In this document: one piece after another, positions 18,276 to 26,364 of the stretch | Position numbering within the stretch: the stretch's first letter is position 1 | Layout: every line of letters begins with the position of its first letter | DNA from: Gemmatimonadaceae bacterium | GTDB taxonomy: Bacteria > Gemmatimonadota > Gemmatimonadetes > Gemmatimonadales > Gemmatimonadaceae | DNA: 27,560 nucleotides | NCBI GenBank assembly: GCA_040902005.1 | Contig: JBBDYA010000044.1 | Span: 1-27,560 of the forward strand | Direction of reading: 5' to 3' | The notes under the pieces: model-generated | Seen by the model: the letters and a program-made list of their open reading frames with translations, nothing else | What the model was told of the DNA's origin: nothing | Database searches by the model: none | Program-made: the position numbers and the translations under genes

Positions 18276-18291
18276 CCAGAGAGGACTGCAC

Positions 18292-18807
18292 ATCCAGGAC
18301 ACCACCAAACGCGTGCGGGTCAACCGCCAGATCCGCATCAGCCCGGTCCGCGTCATCGGCGCCGACGGTTCACAGCTCGGCATCATGGACGTGGACACCG
18401 CGCTCCGGCAGGCGGAGGACGCGGGTCTCGATCTGGTCGAAGTGGCTCCCACGGCTCGGCCCCCTGTGGTCCGCATCATGGACTACGGCAAGTACAAGTT
18501 CGAAATGGCCAAGCAGGCACGCCAGGCGAAGAAGAAGCAGCACGTGATCGAGTTGAAGGAGGTGAAGTTCCGCCCCGGCATCGGCGATCACGATTTCGAG
18601 ACCAAGGTCGGCCACGCCCGGCGGTTCCTGGAGGAGAAGAACAAGGTGAAGGTGACCATGATGTTCCGTGGTCGGCAGGTCGCGCATCCGGAGATCGGGC
18701 AGGCCGTTCTCGGTCGCGTGTCCGCGGCGCTCGCCGACGTGGGGAAGGTCGAGAGCTCCGGGCGGTTGGAAGGAAAGTTGATGACGATGATTATCGCGCC
18801 GAAGTGA
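18292..18807 (+). CDS. infC: Translation initiation factor IF-3 (ATC start)
   Basis: RVNRQIR, DLVEVAP, IMDYGKYKFE, KEVKFRP, MFRGR; SD AGAGGA 6 nt before in-frame ATC. Confidence 0.95.
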   Translation: MQDTTKRVRVNRQIRISPVRVIGADGSQLGIMDVDTALRQAEDAGLDLVEVAPTARPPVVRIMDYGKYKFEMAKQARQAKKKQHVIELKEVKFRPGIGDHDFETKVGHARRFLEEKNKVKVTMMFRGRQVAHPEIGQAVLGRVSAALADVGKVESSGRLEGKLMTMIIAPK

Positions 18808-18828
18808 CGCGAGCTACCGGGATTGACA

Positions 18829-19026
18829 ATGCCGAAGATGAAAACACACAAGGGCGCGAAGAAGCGCTTCAAGATCACCGGCAGCGGTGAAGTGAAGCGG
18901 GGTCACGCGTTCAAGAGCCACATCCTCACAAAAAAGACGTCCAAGCGGAAACGCCGCCTGCGTCGCAGCGCCATGATCACCGTGCGCGGTGAGGCGAAGA
19001 GAATCAAGCGCCTGCTGCAGGCCTAA
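18829..19026 (+). CDS. rpmI: 50S ribosomal protein L35
   Basis: [26 protein letters not shown]. Confidence 0.98.
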   Translation: MPKMKTHKGAKKRFKITGSGEVKRGHAFKSHILTKKTSKRKRRLRRSAMITVRGEAKRIKRLLQA

Positions 19027-19041
19027 GCGGAGAACGACACC

Positions 19042-19404
19042 ATGCCTCGCGCCAGATCGAACGTTCCGCGTCTGAAGCGGAAAAAGCAGGTCATGAAGGC
19101 CGCCAAGGGTGCATTCGGCGGTCGCAGCAAGCTCTGGAAAGCCGCAAAGGAAACCGTGGAGCGCGGATGGCGGTACGCCTACCGCGACCGGAAGAACAAG
19201 AAGCGTGACTTTCGTCGGCTCTGGATCACGCGCATCAACGCAGGAGCGCGCCAGAACGACATGAGTTACAGCACGTTCATGAACGGCCTTCAGAAGGCCG
19301 GCATCGAGATCGATCGAAAGATCCTGTCGGACCTCGCCATCCATGACCCCGCGGCGTTCACGATGCTCGCGGAGAAGGCGCGTTCCGCGCTCACCGCCGC
19401 GTAG
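19042..19404 (+). CDS. rplT: 50S ribosomal protein L20
   Basis: MPRA, YAYRDRKNKKRDFRRLWITRINA, DRKILSDLA. Confidence 0.98.
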   Translation: MPRARSNVPRLKRKKQVMKAAKGAFGGRSKLWKAAKETVERGWRYAYRDRKNKKRDFRRLWITRINAGARQNDMSYSTFMNGLQKAGIEIDRKILSDLAIHDPAAFTMLAEKARSALTAA

Positions 19405-19427
19405 TCAGAGCAGGTTCGTTGGTAGCC

Positions 19428-19473
19428 ACGCGGCGGCGGTGCGAGATTCAAGGCACTGCCGCCGTGTCGTTTG
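19428..19473 (+). terminator. Strong hairpin between rplT and pheS (terminator-like or processing/stability element)
   Basis: 15-bp stem ACGCGGCGGCGGTGC/GCACTGCCGCCGTGT with two GU pairs, 10-nt loop, weak CGTTT tail. Confidence 0.55.
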
Positions 19474-19519
19474 GGTTCCGGTCACTGACCACGAATTGGC
19501 CGGACATGTGTGCCCCCTC

Positions 19520-20551
19520 ATGTCATCACTAGAGCACTTTCAGCGGGAAATCGACGCCCTCCGGTCCGCCGCGCTCGCGGCGTTCGAGGAGGCGGCCTCC
19601 ACCGACGAGCTCGAATCGGCGCGCATCCGCTTCCTCGGCGACCGCAGCGGCCAATTGCGCGCGTTGCAGCAGGAGCTTGGCGCGCTGACCAAGGAGGACA
19701 AGCCGGCCGCCGGCCGCGCGTTCAACGACGTGAAGGGACGTCTCACGGAAGCCCACGCGACCCGCGGCAAGGCGCTGGCGCGCTCGCGCGACACCGGTAA
19801 CGCGCTCGACCTGACCATGCCGGCTCGAAGCCAGTGGCGCGGCGCCAGGCACCCGGTCACGCTCGTCATCGACGAGATCGTGGACATCTTCCGCGAGCTG
19901 GGATTCACGGTGGCGCTTGGCCCCTTCGTGGAATCGGAGTGGTACAACTTCGGCGCGCTGAACTTTCCGGCGGACCATCCCGCGATGGATGCCCACGACA
20001 CGCTGTTTCTCGAGGGCGGCGGCCTTCTGCGGACGCACACGTCACCCGTGCAGGTGCGCACGTTGCAGACGTTTCCGCCGCCGATCCGTATCCTCGCACC
20101 GGGGGATGTGGCCAGGCGCGACTTCTTCGACGCATCGCACGCGCCGGTGTTTTCGCAGATCGAAGGGCTCTGCGTGGACGAGGGGATCAGCTTCGTGGAC
20201 CTCAAGGCGATGCTCACCAACTTCGCCCAGCGATTCTTTGGCGCGGCCCGCACGAGGTTCCGCCCCAGCTACTTCCCGTTCACGGAGCCCTCCGCCGAAA
20301 TGGATGTCGAGTGCCAGCTGTGCTCGGGCCGCGGCTGCGCGGTGTGCAAGGGCACGGGCTGGACGGAGATCCTTGGCGCGGGCATGGTGCATCCCTCCGT
20401 TCTCGAGGCGGCCGGTGTGGACGCCGAGCGCTACACGGGCTGGGCGTTCGGCATGGGTCCGGGACGCATCGCGCTTCAGCGGTACGACATTCCCGACATT
20501 CGCGTGCTCTACGATTCCGACGTGCGGTTCCTCGGGCAGCTCGCGCGATGA
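19520..20551 (+). CDS. pheS: Phenylalanine-tRNA ligase alpha subunit
   Basis: NFGALNFPADHPAMDAHDT, LRTHTSPVQ, FSQIEGL, RFRPSYFPFTEPS, EILGAGMVHP, GWAFGMG. Confidence 0.98.
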   Translation: MSSLEHFQREIDALRSAALAAFEEAASTDELESARIRFLGDRSGQLRALQQELGALTKEDKPAAGRAFNDVKGRLTEAHATRGKALARSRDTGNALDLTMPARSQWRGARHPVTLVIDEIVDIFRELGFTVALGPFVESEWYNFGALNFPADHPAMDAHDTLFLEGGGLLRTHTSPVQVRTLQTFPPPIRILAPGDVARRDFFDASHAPVFSQIEGLCVDEGISFVDLKAMLTNFAQRFFGAARTRFRPSYFPFTEPSAEMDVECQLCSGRGCAVCKGTGWTEILGAGMVHPSVLEAAGVDAERYTGWAFGMGPGRIALQRYDIPDIRVLYDSDVRFLGQLAR

Positions 20552-22980
20552 ACGCATCCTACGAATGGCTGCGCGCGTTCGTCCCGCTCGACGCCACGCC
20601 GGCACAACTGCGGGACCTGCTCACGGCCCACACGGCGACGGTCGAGGAACTCGTCGCGCTGCGCGCCGATCTCGCCCCGATCGTCGTGGCGCGCGTGGTG
20701 GAGGCCAGGCGGCACCCCGAGTCCGATCATCTCTGGGCCACGCGCGTGGACGCGGGCGGCGCGGACCTGCTGGACGTCATCTGCGGCGCGCCCAACGTCT
20801 CGGAGGGAAAACTGTATCCGTTCGCGCCCGTGGGAACGACCATGCCGAACGGCATGACGATCGAGCGCCGGAAGATTCGCGGGATAGCGTCCAACGGCAT
20901 GCTCTGCTCCGCGCGAGAGCTCGGGCTCGGCGAGAATCACGACGGCATTCTGGAGCTGGACGTCGCCGCAGATCCCGGCACGCCGTTGCTCCAGGCGATG
21001 CCGGTCGGTGACACGCGGCTCGTGGTGGATGTGGGCGCCAACCGACCGGACCTGCTGTCGCACCTGGGCATCGCGCGCGAGCTGGCCGCGATTCGCGGAA
21101 CCCCCTGGACCTTGCCGGAGATTGCGGAGCTCGGACCGGACATCCCTCCTGCAACGTCTGCCCGGGATAAGGGATCCACCGCCGGCATCACGATAACGGT
21201 CGCCGCCGACACTGCGACCCGGCGGTACGTGTGCGCCGTGGTGACGGGCGTGCAGATCGGGTCGAGTCCCGACTGGCTCGTCCGCCGGCTCGCGGCGGTC
21301 GGGATTCGCCCGATCAACAACGTGGTGGACGCAACGAACTACGTGTTGCACGAACTCGGACAGCCGGTGCACGCGTTCGACCTGCGAAAGCTGGCCGGCG
21401 GCGCGGTGACGGTGCGGCTGGCCCGCCCGGGCGAGAAGCTCGTGACGCTCGATGGCGCGGAGCGCGCGCTGCCGGTCGGCACCGTCGTCATCGCTGACGC
21501 TACGAAGGCGCAGGCGGTGGCAGGCGTCATGGGGGGCCGCGACAGCGAAGTCAGCAGCGACACGCGCGACCTGTTCATCGAGGTGGCGAGCTTCGATCCG
21601 AAGCGCACGCGCGCGGCGCGCAGGTCCATCGGACTCTCGACGGACGCGAGCTACCGCTTCGAGCGCGGCGTGGATCCACAGCTGGCACCGCTCGCGATGG
21701 AGCGCGTGGTGCGGCTGATCATCGGCCTGGCGGGCGGATCGCTCGCGGATGCGGCGGTCGATCTCTGCGCGCCGCAGCCGCCACCGCGGGAGCTGCTGCT
21801 CCGTGCCGCGCGAGTGTCGCAGGTGCTGGGCGCCGACGTTCCCATGGCGCAGGCGCGGGCCCACCTGGAGGGCGCCGGGTTCGGGATTCTCTCGGCGTCG
21901 GCCACGGAGTTGCGCGTGCGCGTCCCCACCTGGCGCACCGACATCTTCTCGGAGGTGGATCTCGTGGAGGAAGTGGCGCGATTCCAGGGATACGACAACT
22001 TTCCGACGGAGATCCGTCCGTTTCGTCCGACGACCACGGTTGACGATCCACAGTGGACGACCGCCAATCGCGTTCGGGAGGCGGCGGTGGCGCTCGGCCT
22101 GCTGGAAACCCGCCCACTGCCATTCGTGCGCGGCGTGGATGCGACTCATGTTCGCGTGGCAAATCCGCTGTCGGAGAATGAGGCCTTTCTCCGGACGTCG
22201 CTGCTCGAGACGCTGACGCGGCGCGCGGAGTTCAACCTGGCGCAGCGCACCGGCGACGTGCGCCTGTTCGAGATCGGCAGCGCGTTCGCGCCAGCCGGCG
22301 GGGGAATGCCCTCGGAGGAGTTCCGCCTGGGCGTGTTGATCATGGGACGCCGTCGCCCCGCGCATTTCACGGAGCCCCAGCCGCCGGTGGTGGACGAGTG
22401 GGACGCGAAGGGCATCGCGGAAGCCACCACGCGCGCGGCCTACCCCGACGCGACGATCGAACTGCTTCCGTCGTCCGGAGAGGCGCTGTGGGACATTCTC
22501 GTCGCGGGTGACACCGTCGGCAGCGTGCGTCGGGTCGCGCTCGACGCGCCGGTGTGGGCCGCTCCCGCGTTCGGACTGGAGCTCCGCCTCGGCGTCGTGT
22601 CAACCGCGCCGCCCGCCGAGCGCGGACGGCACGCCTATGCGGAGGCGCGGCGCCTGCCGCGGCCGGCCGTGACGAAATATCGCGCGCTGCCGGCGACGCC
22701 GGTGGCCGAGTTCGACCTTGCCCTGCTCGTGCCGGTTGGCACCAGCGTTGGTGAGGTGGAGCGGGTGGTGCGTGGCGTTGCCGGCGAGCTCCTCGAGCGG
22801 CTCGAGCTGTTCGACCAGTACACCGGGGCGGGCGTCGAGGCCGGCCATCGCAGTCTTGCCTGGCGATTGACCTTCCGGCATCCCGAGCGCACTCTACGCG
22901 ACAAGGAAATCGAGGGACGCCGCAGCAAGATTCTCGGCGCCCTGCAACAGGAGCTTCATGTCCGCCAGCGAACGACCTGA
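20548..22980 (+). CDS. pheT: Phenylalanine-tRNA ligase beta subunit
   Basis: SYEWL, ICGAPN, SNGMLCS, NRPDLLS, NNVVDATNY, GQPVHAFD, RFERG, VANPLS, SLAWRLTFR; ATGA overlap with pheS. Confidence 0.97.
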   Translation: MNASYEWLRAFVPLDATPAQLRDLLTAHTATVEELVALRADLAPIVVARVVEARRHPESDHLWATRVDAGGADLLDVICGAPNVSEGKLYPFAPVGTTMPNGMTIERRKIRGIASNGMLCSARELGLGENHDGILELDVAADPGTPLLQAMPVGDTRLVVDVGANRPDLLSHLGIARELAAIRGTPWTLPEIAELGPDIPPATSARDKGSTAGITITVAADTATRRYVCAVVTGVQIGSSPDWLVRRLAAVGIRPINNVVDATNYVLHELGQPVHAFDLRKLAGGAVTVRLARPGEKLVTLDGAERALPVGTVVIADATKAQAVAGVMGGRDSEVSSDTRDLFIEVASFDPKRTRAARRSIGLSTDASYRFERGVDPQLAPLAMERVVRLIIGLAGGSLADAAVDLCAPQPPPRELLLRAARVSQVLGADVPMAQARAHLEGAGFGILSASATELRVRVPTWRTDIFSEVDLVEEVARFQGYDNFPTEIRPFRPTTTVDDPQWTTANRVREAAVALGLLETRPLPFVRGVDATHVRVANPLSENEAFLRTSLLETLTRRAEFNLAQRTGDVRLFEIGSAFAPAGGGMPSEEFRLGVLIMGRRRPAHFTEPQPPVVDEWDAKGIAEATTRAAYPDATIELLPSSGEALWDILVAGDTVGSVRRVALDAPVWAAPAFGLELRLGVVSTAPPAERGRHAYAEARRLPRPAVTKYRALPATPVAEFDLALLVPVGTSVGEVERVVRGVAGELLERLELFDQYTGAGVEAGHRSLAWRLTFRHPERTLRDKEIEGRRSKILGALQQELHVRQRTT

Positions 22981-23269
22981 ACTGCGCGCGTATCACGAGC
23001 TCGAGTCGCTCGTGCGTCACCTCGGCGAGGAGCTGGCCGCATTCCGCCGTCGTGCGCTGCTTGCGGAAACTCAGCTCAAGGACGCTGGCGGTGTACCGCC
23101 AAGGGGGGGCGCCGCCCGTGGTGACCGGCTGACCGAGCTCGAGACCGAGAACCATGCGCTGCGCGCGCGACTGGACCGAGCCGAGGAACAAGTCAGCCAG
23201 ATGCTGGAGCGCGTGCGATTCCTGCGTCAGCAACTCCAGGCACCGCCCGCTGGCGCCGGTCGCTCATGA
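22958..23269 (+). CDS. Small coiled-coil protein, ZapB-like by position
   Basis: Heptad-rich sequence (LETENHALRARLDRAEEQVSQML); SD AGGAG; lies between pheT and zapA. Confidence 0.7.
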   Translation: MSASERPELRAYHELESLVRHLGEELAAFRRRALLAETQLKDAGGVPPRGGAARGDRLTELETENHALRARLDRAEEQVSQMLERVRFLRQQLQAPPAGAGRS

Positions 23270-23568
23270 GCACCAAGAAGCATCTCGTTCGCGTCACCAT
23301 CATGAACGAGGAATACTCGATCCGCAGCGACGCCACGCCCGAGCACACGCGCGCCGTTGCCTCGTATCTCGACGCCGCCATTCGTCGCGTGCTCGATTCG
23401 GGCACGGTCGTCGAGTCGAATCGGGCGGCGATCCTCGCGGCGCTTCACGTCACGGGCGAACTGTTCGAGGCGCGCGAAGGCAGCGACATGACCGAGCGGC
23501 TCCGGTCGCTGAGCGCCGAAGTCCGCCGCCTCCTTCCCCCCACGAAACGGGGCGAACCGCTGGCCTGA
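23266..23568 (+). CDS. zapA: Cell division protein ZapA
   Basis: VRVTIMNEEYSIR, VASYLD, RAAILAALHVTGEL. Confidence 0.92.
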   Translation: MSTKKHLVRVTIMNEEYSIRSDATPEHTRAVASYLDAAIRRVLDSGTVVESNRAAILAALHVTGELFEAREGSDMTERLRSLSAEVRRLLPPTKRGEPLA

Positions 23569-23574
23569 TCGCGT

Positions 23575-23665
23575 TTGCGCTGCGCGCAAAATTGCTCTGG
23601 CGCGCTCGCGCACCTTCGGTTGAGCTGCGCGCAAAGTTGCTATGGCGCGCTCGCTCACCGTTTGG
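23575..23665. repeat. Two-copy 45/46-bp tandem repeat with internal palindromes (REP-like)
   Basis: Copies 23575-23619 and 23620-23665 are identical at 36 of the first 40 positions. Confidence 0.85.
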
Positions 23666-23694
23666 TTGCCATTTGCTCCGGCCGGGCATACTTT
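23666..23694 (+). promoter_or_regulatory. Putative sigma70 promoter upstream of the structured RNA and rny
   Basis: TTGCCA (23666-23671), 17 nt, TACTTT (23689-23694). Confidence 0.7.
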
Positions 23695-23700
23695 AGCGGG

Positions 23701-23845
23701 GACTAGCCAGGCGGGTCCGCAGGCGCATCGCGCCGTGGCACCTCTCGTCGGAGGCCCTACGTCGGCATTCCGATCGGAGTGAAACAGCCGCGCGATCGTT
23801 TCGGATTTCGAGCACTTCCTCCCGTCTCTGCGGTTCGCGCCGCAG
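23701..23845 (+). ncRNA. Rod-like structured RNA: candidate divergent 6S RNA or rny 5' leader
   Basis: Nested helices 23711-23722/23828-23838, 23727-23733/23790-23796, 23747-23752/23769-23774, 23754-23756/23764-23766; directly downstream of zapA. Confidence 0.45.
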
Positions 23846-23861
23846 TGGAGCATATATCCAT

Positions 23862-25445
23862 ATGAACGAGTACGCGCTGCTAGCCGCGCTTGGCGTTGCA
23901 ATTCTCGCCTTGCCGGCTTTGTTCGTTTGGGGACGTCGATCCGGGATCGGGAGCGAATTCAAGCGGCAGTTGGCCGCCAAGGCGACCGCCGAGGAAACCG
24001 GTAAACGGATCATTTCGGAAACCGAACGCGAGGCCGAAAACCTTCGCAAGAGCGCGGTGGTCGCCGGAAAGGAAGAGCTGATCACGCTCCGGGAGTCCTT
24101 CGAAGGGGAGATCCGCGGACGCCGGACGGAAGTCGAGAAGGAGGAGCGGCGAATCACCGAGCGGGAAAGCACGCTCGACCGCAAGCTCGACATCCTCGAC
24201 CAGCGTGACAAGGAACTGAGTCGGCGCGCCAGCGAGTTCGGCCGGCGCGAAAAGACCGTCGCGGACCGTGAGCAGGAACTGCAGACGCTCGTCGCGGAGG
24301 AGCGTCAGCGGCTCGAGCAACTGGCGGGCATGTCCGCGCACGATGCGAAGGCGGAGTTGATGCGCCGCCTGGAGGAGGAAGCGCACGCGGACGCCGCCAA
24401 CAAGCTGCGGGAGATTCGCGAAAAGGCGCGACGCGATGCGGAGCGCGAGGCAAAGAAGATCGTGGCGCTGGCCATCCAGCGCATCGCCGCCGAGCACACC
24501 GCCGAGTCGACCGTGTCCGCTGTCTCGCTGCCGAGCGACGAGATGAAGGGGCGCATCATCGGACGCGAGGGCCGGAACATTCGCGCGTTCGAGCTCGCGA
24601 CCGGTGTGGACGTGATCATCGATGACACACCGGACACCGTTGTGGTGTCCTGCTTCGATCCCATTCGCCGGGAGATCGCGCGCCTCGCCCTGGAGAAGCT
24701 AGTGTCGGACGGACGCATCCATCCCGGCCGCATCGAGGAAGTCGTCAGCAAATCCCGGCGCGAAATCGATCAGAGGATCATCGAGCTCGGGGAAACGTCG
24801 GCGTACGAGGTAGGGATTCACGGATTGCACCCCGAGATCCTCAAGCTCGTGGGGCGCATGCATTGGCGTACCAGCTACGGGCAGAACATCCTCCAGCATT
24901 CCAAGGAGGTGGCATGGCTGGCCGGCATCATGGCCAGCGAGCTCGGGCTGGACGCCGTGATGGCCAAGCGCGGCGCACTGCTGCACGACATCGGCAAGGT
25001 GCTGACGCACGAGCATGAAGGAACCCATGTGCAGCTCGGCGTGGAGGTTGGCACGAAGTACGGCGAGCATCCCCTCATCGTGAACTGCATCGCGGCGCAC
25101 CATGACGACGTGCCGCACGAGAGCGAGATCTCCGTCCTCGTGCAGGCGGCGGACGCGATATCCGGGTCGCGCCCCGGCGCCCGTCGCGAGGCGTTCGAGA
25201 CGTACGTGAAGCGCCTGGAAGGTCTCGAGAAGATTGCCTCGAGCTACAAGGGAGTGGAGCGGGTGTTTGCGATCCAGGCGGGCCGCGAGGTCCGCGTCAT
25301 CGTCACACCGGAGGACGTCGACGACGCGAGGATGGGAACACTGACGGAGGAAATTGCGCGCCGCATCGAAGCGGAACTCCAGTACCCGGGACAGATCAAG
25401 GTCGTCGCGATTCGCGAAACGCGGGCGGTGGACTTTGCCCGCTGA
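23862..25445 (+). CDS. rny: Ribonuclease Y
   Basis: N-terminal TM helix, coiled coil, KH domain [15 protein letters not shown] domain [29 protein letters not shown]. Confidence 0.98.
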   Translation: MNEYALLAALGVAILALPALFVWGRRSGIGSEFKRQLAAKATAEETGKRIISETEREAENLRKSAVVAGKEELITLRESFEGEIRGRRTEVEKEERRITERESTLDRKLDILDQRDKELSRRASEFGRREKTVADREQELQTLVAEERQRLEQLAGMSAHDAKAELMRRLEEEAHADAANKLREIREKARRDAEREAKKIVALAIQRIAAEHTAESTVSAVSLPSDEMKGRIIGREGRNIRAFELATGVDVIIDDTPDTVVVSCFDPIRREIARLALEKLVSDGRIHPGRIEEVVSKSRREIDQRIIELGETSAYEVGIHGLHPEILKLVGRMHWRTSYGQNILQHSKEVAWLAGIMASELGLDAVMAKRGALLHDIGKVLTHEHEGTHVQLGVEVGTKYGEHPLIVNCIAAHHDDVPHESEISVLVQAADAISGSRPGARREAFETYVKRLEGLEKIASSYKGVERVFAIQAGREVRVIVTPEDVDDARMGTLTEEIARRIEAELQYPGQIKVVAIRETRAVDFAR

Positions 25446-26364
25446 CGCGCTGTCCCGTCGCCCTGCCGCGGACGTCGCAGCGATCGTGATCGACGGCAGG
25501 GAGGTGGCGCGCCGCGTGCGCGACCGCGTCGCGGAGGGCGTCATCGCCCTGAAGGCGCGTGGTGTCACGCCGGGCCTCACCGTCGTGCTCGTGGGCGATG
25601 ACCCCGCGAGCGCCGTCTACGTCGCCGCGAAGGGCAGGGCGTGCGACGAGGCCGGCATGAAGAGCGCCACGATCCGGATGCCCGCTACCACCACGCAGCC
25701 CGAACTCGTTGCCGTGGTGGACCGATTGAACCGCGATCCCGCGGTGCACGGAATCCTCGTGCAGATGCCGCTCCCGAAGCAGATCGATGCCGATGCGGTG
25801 CTGCGGCAACTCGATCCGGCCAAGGACGTGGACGGATTCCATCCGATCAACGTCGGCCGCCTGTTCATCGGCGATCCGGACGCGCTGGCGCCATGCACGC
25901 CCGCCGGCGTCATGGTGCTGCTGCGCGAGTACGGTGTGACCACGGCAGGCGCGCATTGCGTGGTGATCGGTCGCAGCATGATCGTCGGCAAGCCCATGGC
26001 GGCGCTACTGGTGCAACCTGGCTCGGACGCGACGGTGACCATCTGCCACAGCCGCACCCGCGACCTCGCCGAGCACACGCGCCGCGCAGACATCATTATC
26101 GCCGCGGTGGGCCGCCCCGAGATGCTGACGGGCGACATGGTCAAGCCGGGTGCGGTGGTCATCGATGTCGGCATCAACCGTGTCGATGATCCGTCACAAC
26201 CCAGGGGATATCGCCTGGTTGGCGACGTGGAGTTCGAATCGGTGCGAGCGGTGGCGTCCCACATCACGCCCGTGCCCGGCGGCGTTGGCGCGATGACCAT
26301 CGCGATGCTCATGGACAACACGCTGCGCGCCGCCGCGCGCATCACCGACCACGGCCGCGCATGA
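25435..26364 (+). CDS. folD: Bifunctional methylene-THF dehydrogenase/cyclohydrolase
   Basis: [56 protein letters not shown]; start inferred at TTG 25435. Confidence 0.96.
   Translation: MPADALSRRPAADVAAIVIDGREVARRVRDRVAEGVIALKARGVTPGLTVVLVGDDPASAVYVAAKGRACDEAGMKSATIRMPATTTQPELVAVVDRLNRDPAVHGILVQMPLPKQIDADAVLRQLDPAKDVDGFHPINVGRLFIGDPDALAPCTPAGVMVLLREYGVTTAGAHCVVIGRSMIVGKPMAALLVQPGSDATVTICHSRTRDLAEHTRRADIIIAAVGRPEMLTGDMVKPGAVVIDVGINRVDDPSQPRGYRLVGDVEFESVRAVASHITPVPGGVGAMTIAMLMDNTLRAAARITDHGRA

Noticed and set aside
18237..18280. ATG-initiated frame with consecutive Phe codons, suggesting a pheM-like attenuator peptide
   Set aside because: The Phe codons are the terminator T-tract itself, lie after the stem, and are three genes away from pheS
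19405..19519. T-box or leader peptide upstream of pheS
   Set aside because: Region is too short, lacks the T-box consensus and has no Phe-rich mini-ORF
23575..23665. Tandem repeat read as a mini-CRISPR array
   Set aside because: Only two adjacent units, no unique spacers and no cas genes
23154..23696. ORF containing a repeated LRAKLLWRAR peptide
   Set aside because: Shadow frame over zapB-like/zapA; the peptide repeat simply reflects the 45-bp DNA repeat
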